The notes under the pieces: generated by a model | Databases searched by the model: none | What the model was told of the DNA's origin: nothing | What the model saw: the letters and a program-made list of their open reading frames with translations, nothing else | Assembly: GCA_035632115.1 (NCBI GenBank) | Contig: DASQHL010000054.1 | Location: 1 to 59,292, forward strand | DNA: 59,292 nucleotides | Direction: 5' to 3' | From: Dehalococcoidia bacterium | GTDB lineage: Bacteria > Chloroflexota > Dehalococcoidia > DSTF01 > JACRBR01 | Program-made: the position numbers and the translations under genes | Shown: piece by piece, positions 46,749-53,551 of the stretch | How positions within the stretch are numbered: the first letter of the stretch is position 1 | Layout of the letters: each line of letters opens with the position of its first letter

Positions 46749-46782
46749 GTCACCCTGAGCGTCGCACGTGTCATCCTGAACG
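46749..46782 (+). repeat. Direct repeat GTCACCCTGAGCG / GTCATCCTGAACG, 21-nt period
   Basis: Units at 46749-61 and 46770-82, 11/13 identical, followed by CAGCGAAGGATCTCC. Confidence 0.6.
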
Positions 46783-46828
46783 CAGCGAAGGATCTCCCTC
46801 GGCCCCAGCGACGGCCTGAACACAAGCT

Positions 46829-46864
46829 CCCCTTCCCTGAAGGGAAGGGGCTGGGGGTTAGGTC
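46829..46864 (+). repeat. Hairpin-plus-tail repeat, copy C (CCCCTTCCC-tgaa-GGGAAGGGG + CTGGGGGTTAGGTC)
   Basis: 9-bp stem, 46829-37 paired with 46842-50. The 5' flank AAGCT is shared with copy D (copy E has GAGCT). Confidence 0.85.
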
Positions 46865-46866
46865 GC

Positions 46867-46904
46867 CCGGCCAGCGGCACGTGGCCGCCGGGAGGAGTGA
46901 CGTT
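46867..46904 (+). repeat. Possible related hairpin with a different stem (CGGCCA-N8-TGGCCG) but a similar tail (CCGGGAGGAGTGACGTT)
   Basis: Tail plus the following TTGCCT is about 85% identical over about 20 nt to the copy D tail plus TTGCCT. Confidence 0.35.
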
Positions 46905-47010
46905 GCCTTCGAACGCCCTTGGCGTCGGCGTCCGCGTGGACACACCTCCCCCATGCTCTGCGCGGAGCCACGACTCTCGCCGACCCGCCATCCATCTTCG
47001 AACAGAAGCT

Positions 47011-47052
47011 CCCCCTCTCCGCAGCGTGGAGAGGGGGCCGGGGGGTGAGGTT
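47011..47052 (+). repeat. Hairpin-plus-tail repeat, copy D (CCCCCTCTCC-gcagcgt-GGAGAGGGGG + CCGGGGGGTGAGGTT)
   Basis: 10-bp stem, 47011-20 paired with 47028-37. The tail contains the probable GTG start (47045) of the next gene. Confidence 0.85.
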
Positions 47053-48073
47053 GCCTGACGACTTCACCGACGCCCTCACCGCCTTCCTCCAGCGCGCTGC
47101 CGGTGCCGCCCGCGTCGAGATTGCCGCGCTCCGTCGCCTCACCGGCGGCGCCTCGCGCGAAACGTGGTCGCTCGATGCCACGCTCACCCGCGCGGACGGC
47201 AGCACCGAGACGCTGCTCCTGGTCCTCCAGCGTGACACGCGCGGCGCCCCGAAGGCCATGTCCCGCACCGTCGAGTTCCAGCTCATGAAGGCCGCCTTCG
47301 ACGAAGGCGTCCCTGCGCCCGAGCCCCTCTTCATGGGCGACGGCTCCCTCGGCGGCGAGTTCTTCCTCCTCCGCCGCGTCGATGGCGAGACGCTCCCCCG
47401 CCGCCTCCTCCGTGAGGACGCCTACGCGACCGCCCGCGCCGCCCTCCCCGCGCAGCTCGGCCGCACCCTCGCCGGCATCCACGCCATCCGCCTTGAAGAC
47501 CACCACCTCGATAGCCCGCTGCCCGCGCCCCCGCCCAGCGTCTCTCCCGCTCGGCACGAGGTCGACCGCTACGAGCAGATCTACCGCGCCATCGCCCTCC
47601 AGCCCTCCCCCGCGTTCGAGCTGGCGATCCGCTATCTCCACCGCTCGCCGTACGTCGCCGCCGCCGCGGATGACCGCCGCACCCTGGTCCACGGCGACTT
47701 CCGCATCGGCAACGTCCTCTTCGGCCCGGAAGGCCTCCGCCTCATGCTCGATTGGGAACTGGCGCACATCGGCGACCCCATGGAGGACATGGGTTTCATC
47801 TGCGTCCGCTCGTGGCGCTTCGGCGGCCCCAAGCCCGTCGGCGGCATCGGCGACCGCGACGAGTTCTTCGCCGCCTACGAGGCCGCCGGCGGCCAGCAGG
47901 TCGACCCCGAGCGCGTGCGCTTCTGGGAAGTCTTCGGCAACCTCCGCTGGGGCGTCATCTGCCTCAGCCAGGCCCGCACCTACATCGACGGCCACTCCAA
48001 CAGCGTCGAACTCGCCGCCATCGGCCGCCGCACCGCCGAAACCGAATGGGAACTCCTGGAGCTGATAGGATAG
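47045..48073 (+). CDS. Phosphotransferase (APH/choline-kinase-like) family protein
   Basis: HGDFRIGNVLF (HxDxxxxN) and DWELAHIGDPMEDM. Start set at in-frame GTG 47045, giving 342 aa; the ORF-track start at 46919 would translate the repeats. Confidence 0.8.
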   Translation: MRLPDDFTDALTAFLQRAAGAARVEIAALRRLTGGASRETWSLDATLTRADGSTETLLLVLQRDTRGAPKAMSRTVEFQLMKAAFDEGVPAPEPLFMGDGSLGGEFFLLRRVDGETLPRRLLREDAYATARAALPAQLGRTLAGIHAIRLEDHHLDSPLPAPPPSVSPARHEVDRYEQIYRAIALQPSPAFELAIRYLHRSPYVAAAADDRRTLVHGDFRIGNVLFGPEGLRLMLDWELAHIGDPMEDMGFICVRSWRFGGPKPVGGIGDRDEFFAAYEAAGGQQVDPERVRFWEVFGNLRWGVICLSQARTYIDGHSNSVELAAIGRRTAETEWELLELIG

Positions 48074-48380
48074 TCGCCGGTGCCCGGGGATTCGTCACCG
48101 GAGCGACCGACCGTGAGCGTGAGCCGATGCTTCCCCACACAAAATGGAGAGCGCTTCGGGGCGACGTAGACGCCCGCCAAGTACCCCTCCCGTCCGGCGC
48201 TTCCCCCTTTCCGTGAACTGAGGCAGCGCGACGCGGGAGTGCAGAGAGCGCAGCGCCCTCTGCCGGGGGCCTCCGACCCGTCCCCCCGGAACGCACATTT
48301 GTGTAAGGTGGTGCAGGGTACGCGACAGCGGACACAGCACCACCGCCGTTCGCAAGCGATGACCGTGCCAGGCACGAGCT

Positions 48381-48422
48381 CCCCCTCTCCACAAATGTGG
48401 AGAGGGGCCGGGGAGTGAGGTA
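48381..48422 (+). repeat. Hairpin-plus-tail repeat, copy E (CCCCTCTCC-acaaatgt-GGAGAGGGG + CCGGGGAGTGAGGTA)
   Basis: Stem 48382-90 paired with 48399-407. The tail ends 1 nt before ATG 48424. Confidence 0.85.
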
Positions 48423-48423
48423 C

Positions 48424-48825
48424 ATGCACGACCGCCCGACCACGGACGAACTCCTCCGCGCCGTAGAGCTCCTCCTCGACGAGCAGCTCGTCCCCGCGCT
48501 CGAAGGCTCCCGCAAGTACAACGCCCGCGTCGCCGCCAACGTCATTCGCACAGTCCGCCGCGAACTGCAGCACGAAGAACGCCAGCTCGACAGCGAGTGG
48601 CGCGGCCTCGACATCCTGCTCGGCCCGGCGCAGCGCCCCCCGACGCTCCACGCCACCAAGCAGCAGCTCATCGAGCGCAACCGCGATCTCGCCGCCCGCA
48701 TCGAGACTGGTGACGCCGACTCCGGCCGCTTCCGCGAACTCACCCTCGCCCACGTCCGCGACACCGTCCACGCCAAGCTCGAAGTCAGCGACCCGTCGTG
48801 GCTCCGCGAGCCCAGCGTGGGCTGA
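48424..48825 (+). CDS. DUF6285-like protein (usual partner of APH-like phosphotransferases in acyl-CoA dehydrogenase clusters)
   Basis: MHDRPTTDELLRAVELLLDEQLVPAL...ARVAANVIRTVRREL. Recognised from memory of the family pattern. Confidence 0.7.
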   Translation: MHDRPTTDELLRAVELLLDEQLVPALEGSRKYNARVAANVIRTVRRELQHEERQLDSEWRGLDILLGPAQRPPTLHATKQQLIERNRDLAARIETGDADSGRFRELTLAHVRDTVHAKLEVSDPSWLREPSVG

Positions 48826-48844
48826 GGGCGGGGCGCGATTCCAG

Positions 48845-49543
48845 CTATGCGAAGTGTTGCCTCGGCCGCCCGAAGACGTTCGTCACCTGCAGCCAGCAGC
48901 CTTGGGGCCGATCATCGTCGGGCGCAAATGACCGTGTCAGGCCAACGCGCACCAGAACGCGGTTTCCGTCGAACTCCTCGCGCACGCGCCTAAGGTACGA
49001 GTCAGCGCAGTCACGACACTCCGTGGCGTGGAGCCGCACCGCCAGATCTTGAAACGGGATGCCGCGCAAGTACGCGTTACGCTCGTCGCGAATGGTGATC
49101 CGCAGCTTGCCTGCCCGCTCGTCGGCGCGGACGTATTGCGTGCGGATCGTGGCGAGGGAGCGCGACCCCGCGCTGGGCTTCCAGGCGTGATTGCCGCCGC
49201 CGCCCGTGTAAAAGTGCCCGCCAAACGCGTCTTCCACCGAATCGAACGCTCCAGGGCTGAGGAGAGCGACGATCTCTGGGATCGCCATGACCCTGATCTT
49301 CTTGAGCGAGCGTGGCGCCCACTCGCCGTCCTCGACGTGCGGAGGCGTCGGCCTGCGCACCGGCTTCCAGTCCACCCTGATGACATCGCCCGGCGCGAGG
49401 CCTTCGAGCCGCCGCAGCATCGTCCGCGTCGGTGGCGGGTCGTTGAGCCGGAGAGTCTCGCGCGTGTCGAGGTCAATCCCGGCCACGCACACCGCGTCCC
49501 CGCTCATCGCCGTCACGTCGAGCAGTACCAACGTCCGCGTCAC
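48845..49543 (-). CDS. 232-aa protein of unknown family, third gene of the DUF488 module
   Basis: The GTG start overlaps the upstream stop (GTGA, 49540-43). LVLLDVTAMSGDAVCVAGIDLDTRETLRL, GGHFYTGGGGNHAW and a CRDC pair are present. I recognise no family. Confidence 0.8.
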   Translation of the reverse strand: MTRTLVLLDVTAMSGDAVCVAGIDLDTRETLRLNDPPPTRTMLRRLEGLAPGDVIRVDWKPVRRPTPPHVEDGEWAPRSLKKIRVMAIPEIVALLSPGAFDSVEDAFGGHFYTGGGGNHAWKPSAGSRSLATIRTQYVRADERAGKLRITIRDERNAYLRGIPFQDLAVRLHATECRDCADSYLRRVREEFDGNRVLVRVGLTRSFAPDDDRPQGCWLQVTNVFGRPRQHFA

Positions 49544-50040
49544 AGCAGGACTTCTTGGACACCCACCTCGCTCGGCGCGGCCTTGTTGACGGAAAGATGC
49601 ACCACCTCAGTGCCGGTGACGAGTTCCGCTGCGTCCAGCGCCACCGCCTTGCGGTGACACTCGTTCGGGTCGCCTTCGCTGCAGAGCACGCACACGCGCG
49701 CACCTCCGCCAGACGTCATCAGCCGGGTCAGCTCGACAAGCCCGTCCTGCCATCCGTCTGTCGAACGCAGGTGCGCCACGATCACCGGGTCCAGGTGCCC
49801 CTGCCGCCAGCGCGCCGCCACACGCGGATCGTTCGGGACGCCGCCCAGCCGGTCCCCCAGGAACCGGTACCGTATCCCCGCCTCATCGAGCGCCGCCTGC
49901 AGCGCGTACTGGTCGAAGTGCGGCATCCGGCTCCGCGGCTTGCTCCGCACGTCTGCGACCAGCTCCACCTCGTTCGTCCGTAGCACGTCGATGAAATCGG
50001 CCAGCTCGGCCGTGCTGTGGCCGATCGTGAACAGGATCAT
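49540..50040 (-). CDS. DUF488 family protein (canonical type)
   Basis: ATG 50040 begins MILFTIGHS. LVADVRSKPRSRMPHF, GIRYRFLGDRLGG, VCVLCSEGDPNECHRK. ATGA overlap with the upstream gene. Confidence 0.85.
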   Translation of the reverse strand: MILFTIGHSTAELADFIDVLRTNEVELVADVRSKPRSRMPHFDQYALQAALDEAGIRYRFLGDRLGGVPNDPRVAARWRQGHLDPVIVAHLRSTDGWQDGLVELTRLMTSGGGARVCVLCSEGDPNECHRKAVALDAAELVTGTEVVHLSVNKAAPSEVGVQEVLL

Positions 50041-50399
50041 GCCCGCACCCCAATCTCGCGCTCGATTAGGTCGCGCAGCAGGCGGCGATGGCACTCCGCC
50101 TCGTCCCGGCAGATGCACATCACCGTTACCGTGCCTTCGCGCGCCGCTCGCGCCAACCCCGCGATCTCCGCACGCGGTGCCTCTGCCCGCATCTCCTCCA
50201 GGTAGCGCACTTCGTACGCCGGCCACGCGATCTCGCCGTCCTTGAAGGCCCGGAGCAACGATCGCGACGGACCGAGTACGCGCCTATACACCCCGGCCCG
50301 TTCGCGGCTGATTCCACGTGGCCAGTAGTTCGTGGTGAGGACGCGCATCCCGTCGTCGGGCGATTCCTGATCGTAGATGCTCTTGCTTCGCACTGGCAT
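50037..50399 (-). CDS. DUF488 family protein, YeaO-like subtype
   Basis: ATG 50399. SIYDQESPDDGMRVLTTNYWPRGISRERA...LGPSRSLLRAF...TVTVMCICRDEAECHRR parallels E. coli YeaO as I remember it. Confidence 0.8.
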   Translation of the reverse strand: MPVRSKSIYDQESPDDGMRVLTTNYWPRGISRERAGVYRRVLGPSRSLLRAFKDGEIAWPAYEVRYLEEMRAEAPRAEIAGLARAAREGTVTVMCICRDEAECHRRLLRDLIEREIGVRA

Positions 50400-50408
50400 T
50401 GCGTCGCC

Positions 50409-50437
50409 ACCATACCACGAGTAGAACAAGGTTTCTA
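50409..50437 (-). promoter_or_regulatory. Candidate promoter TAGAAA-17 nt-(TGg)TATGGT for the DUF488 module, implying a near-leaderless mRNA
   Basis: On the minus strand the -35 is at 50437-32 and the extended -10 at 50417-09. ATG 50399 lies 9 nt after the -10 and has no clear SD. Confidence 0.3.
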
Positions 50438-50661
50438 GCGTCAGAGAGTCGTATGCCAGCTCCCTCCCCCGGTGACATCGCCCCCTCGGATCTCGCCACC
50501 CCGTCAGCGTACCCTCGCCCTTGCGCGTCCTCGCCGTCACGGCCGATCGTCACAATCGCGGGACCGCCGCGAAGCCGCCGCCAGCCCGAAAAACATAAAA
50601 CTGCCGAACGAAACCGGTTTTTGAATCTGAACAAGACATAACGGACGACGAAATGCGTGGC

Positions 50662-51633
50662 CTAACGCTCGAAAACCGCACCCAGCACGTCCAGCATCAG
50701 CTTCGCCGCGATCCGCGCCGTCACCCCCGCCGCGTCGTACACCGGGTCCACCTCCGTCAGGTCGAACCCCACCACCTCGTACTGCCGCGCCACCAACCGC
50801 AGCGCCTCCTTCAGCTGGTAGTACACGATCCCGCCCGGCTCCGGGTAGCCCGTCCCGGGCGCCCCCGACGGGTCCAGCACGTCGATGTCGATTGTCACGT
50901 ACGCGCGCCCGCCGCCGGGCAGCGCCGCCAGCGCCGCCGGCACGCCCTCCCGCACCATGCGCTCCGCCGGCACGATCACCACGCCGTCGCGATGTGCCGC
51001 ATCCCACGGCTCCGCTCGCTCCAGCACCCCGCGCAAGCCGATGTTCACGATCTGCCGCACGTGCGCCAGCTCGCTCGACCGCCGCATGTGGTTGTCGTGC
51101 GAATACCGCACCCCGTACTTCTCGTCGGTGTAGTCCTGGTGCGCGTCGAACTGCACCAGCGTCAATGGCCCGTCGTCGAACGCCCGCACGATCGGGAAGG
51201 TGATCGCATGGTCGCCGCCGACGAACACCGGCACGCGACAGTTACGCCGCACCAGCCGCGCCGCCTCCGTGATGATCTCGAAGTTCTGCAGCAGGTCGAC
51301 CGTCCGCACGTCCACGTCGCCTACGTCCGCCATCGACACGCCCGACAGGATCCGCACGCCCCGCTCGGCGTCGATCCACCCCTGCCACTCCTCGTCCGGC
51401 TCGTACCGCGTCGATGCGTCGCGGATCGCCGCCGGCCCGAACCGCGCCCCCGGCCGGTCGTTGGTCGCCCCGTCAAACGGCACGCCGACGAACCCGACGT
51501 CCGCCCGCCACGCGTCCACGTCCTCCACCACTGGCGCCCGGTAGAACGAAGCGAAGCCGTGGCGCAGCACGCCCGCCGCATGCGACGGGCTGGCAGCGGT
51601 CGATGGGCGGCGGATGACGGTCGTCACGCTCAC
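50662..51633 (-). CDS. Ureohydrolase (agmatinase/arginase/guanidino-acid hydrolase family)
   Basis: Mn-site motifs GGDHAITFPIV, FDAHQDY and IDIDVLDPSGAPGTG. GTG start at 51633 or 51627. Confidence 0.9.
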   Translation of the reverse strand: MSVTTVIRRPSTAASPSHAAGVLRHGFASFYRAPVVEDVDAWRADVGFVGVPFDGATNDRPGARFGPAAIRDASTRYEPDEEWQGWIDAERGVRILSGVSMADVGDVDVRTVDLLQNFEIITEAARLVRRNCRVPVFVGGDHAITFPIVRAFDDGPLTLVQFDAHQDYTDEKYGVRYSHDNHMRRSSELAHVRQIVNIGLRGVLERAEPWDAAHRDGVVIVPAERMVREGVPAALAALPGGGRAYVTIDIDVLDPSGAPGTGYPEPGGIVYYQLKEALRLVARQYEVVGFDLTEVDPVYDAAGVTARIAAKLMLDVLGAVFER

Positions 51634-51714
51634 ACCTCGCGCGGGTGGCCGGGCCCGCGCCCGGCGGCGGCTAAGTATCGGCCGCGCCGGCCCCCATCAT
51701 ACCCCGGCCCGAAG

Positions 51715-52242
51715 CTACCGCCGCCGCAGCTCCGTCGGCTGGCCGTCCACCAGGAACCGCAGCGGCGTCGCCTGGCCGAACCTGTCCACCCGCACCTCCA
51801 CCGCGACCGTGTGCCCACTGCCGGCCGGCAGCGCCCCGCCCGCTGGCGCATACACCTGCTCGATGCCGTACCGCATTGCTATGCTGCCCGCGCCGGGGTA
51901 CGACCAGGTCGCCTGCCCCTTGATCAGCACCGTCCCCGCGTACGCCCGCTCCCGCTTCTGGTGCACCGCGACATCGCGCCAGTAGCCGTCGGCGCCGCGT
52001 TGCAGCTCCACCCACACCTCGCCGCCGTACACGTCCGCGGGAAACGCCGCCCGGTCCACCGTCGAGATGTCGTACGTCACCCCCGCGGAGCCTGGCGCCG
52101 CCAGCTGCGCCGGGTCGCTCACGGTCGTCCGCAGCAGCACCGTGTCCGCCGTCCACACGGTGTACTGCTTGAAGCCGATCACCGAGAGCAGCACGGCGAA
52201 CTGCACCGCCACGACGATCAGCAGCTTGCTGCTCGTCCTCAT
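51715..52242 (-). CDS. GDYXXLXY-domain family membrane-anchored protein
   Basis: N-terminal TM segment, MRYGIEQVYAPAGG, and a ...VSDPAQLAAPGSAGVTYDIS block. ATGA overlap with the upstream DUF2157 gene. Confidence 0.55.
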   Translation of the reverse strand: MRTSSKLLIVVAVQFAVLLSVIGFKQYTVWTADTVLLRTTVSDPAQLAAPGSAGVTYDISTVDRAAFPADVYGGEVWVELQRGADGYWRDVAVHQKRERAYAGTVLIKGQATWSYPGAGSIAMRYGIEQVYAPAGGALPAGSGHTVAVEVRVDRFGQATPLRFLVDGQPTELRRR

Positions 52243-53465
52243 ACCACCGCCCCCGCCGCACCGGGCGCCGCGGGTTCGCCGTCCGCGCCCATCCCGCGCA
52301 GCAGCCCCCGCCGCATGCGCTCCAGCACGAACGCCACTGCCAGCAGCAGCACCCCGCCGCTAATGAAGAACGCCGACCCCGGCAGCACCGACCAGAACAG
52401 GTCGACGTACCGCGTCAGCAGGCCCACCGCCACGGCGAGCAGCCCCGCGTTCACGTACAGCTCGTCCCCGCGCAGGTACCCGCGCGTCACGACAGCCGCC
52501 GCGACCGAGAAGTACACCGCGCTGAACACCACGGCGTACCCCGTCCAGCCCGGCCACGTCGCCACCACCGCCGCCAGCAGCAGCAGCGCCGCCTGCCCGC
52601 CCGCGTCCGCCAGCGATTCGACGTCGCGCGGGCGCAGCGCCCACTGCGCGCCTACGATCATCGCCGCCAGCGCGATCGACGCGTACACGACGGGCGGCGC
52701 CGAGAACGCGGCCACGCCCGACCGGCGCACTGCCGCCCACGGCTCGTCGAACGTGAACACGTACACAAGCCCCATCAGCGCCAGCAGCCCCGAGAAGACG
52801 TACGTCTCGCTGAAGCGGGCCAGCTCGGCGCGCAGCGCGTGCAGCCGCCCGATGCCGTACAGCGCCACGCCCAGCACCGCCACCACCAGCATCGCCGACG
52901 CCGCCCTGGGCTCGTCCGGGTAGCGCGCTGCCATCTCGCCGATCACCCAGCCGCTGAAGCCCGCGATCGCGGCCAGCAAGATGATCCGTGAGCCGAACAA
53001 GTACGCCAGCGGCAGCACGCCGGCCGCGCCCAGCAGCGCGTAGATCGGCCGGTCGGTCGGCAGGTGATAGATCTCCGCCAGCAGGAACAGCCCCGCCTGG
53101 TACAGCAGCGCCCCCGCCAGCAGCAGCGCGCTGCCCACGCGCTGCATCCGGTAGCGCTCCATCAGCGCGTAGCCAGCGCCGTACGCCGCCGCCATCCCCC
53201 CGAACACCGCCGCCGCGCGTAGCCACGACGGCATCGTGTTCCAGTTCGCCGCGAAGAGCAGCACGACGCCGGCGGCGAGCACGATCGCTCCCACGATCGA
53301 CACGGTCGTCGCGAACCACCCCAGGCGCAGCGCGCTCACCGCCCGTGCTCCGTCCGCCCCGTAGCGGCCGAGGATCGCGCGCTCTTGCTCCTCCGCGATC
53401 AGCCCCTCGCGCCGCCACCCCGCGACGTCGCGCGCCAGCCGCTCCCGGTACTCCCGCTCCTCCAT
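52239..53465 (-). CDS. DUF2157-like polytopic membrane protein
   Basis: Soluble N-terminus (LARDVAGWRREGLIAEEQERAILGRYG) followed by about 10 hydrophobic segments. This is the typical partner of GDYXXLXY proteins. Confidence 0.55.
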   Translation of the reverse strand: MEEREYRERLARDVAGWRREGLIAEEQERAILGRYGADGARAVSALRLGWFATTVSIVGAIVLAAGVVLLFAANWNTMPSWLRAAAVFGGMAAAYGAGYALMERYRMQRVGSALLLAGALLYQAGLFLLAEIYHLPTDRPIYALLGAAGVLPLAYLFGSRIILLAAIAGFSGWVIGEMAARYPDEPRAASAMLVVAVLGVALYGIGRLHALRAELARFSETYVFSGLLALMGLVYVFTFDEPWAAVRRSGVAAFSAPPVVYASIALAAMIVGAQWALRPRDVESLADAGGQAALLLLAAVVATWPGWTGYAVVFSAVYFSVAAAVVTRGYLRGDELYVNAGLLAVAVGLLTRYVDLFWSVLPGSAFFISGGVLLLAVAFVLERMRRGLLRGMGADGEPAAPGAAGAVV

Positions 53466-53551
53466 GCAGGCAGTATCGCGGGCTGCCGCGCCCCCGGCGA
53501 GGTGCGGATGTACCGTCCTCGGGGCACGATCGGACTATCAGCCGCGCCTGT

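Noticed and set aside
44899-46758. 619-aa plus-strand ORF bridging the LLM gene, the repeat spacer and the 323-aa gene.
   Set aside because: It is out of frame with both well-supported genes, Pro/Arg/Ser-rich, and translates straight through hairpin repeat copy B.
9248-48422. Could the hairpin repeats be a CRISPR array or its remnants?
   Set aside because: The copies are separated by irregular distances from hundreds of bp to 36 kb. They have differing loops and stems, are not flanked by unique spacers of constant size, and no cas genes are present.
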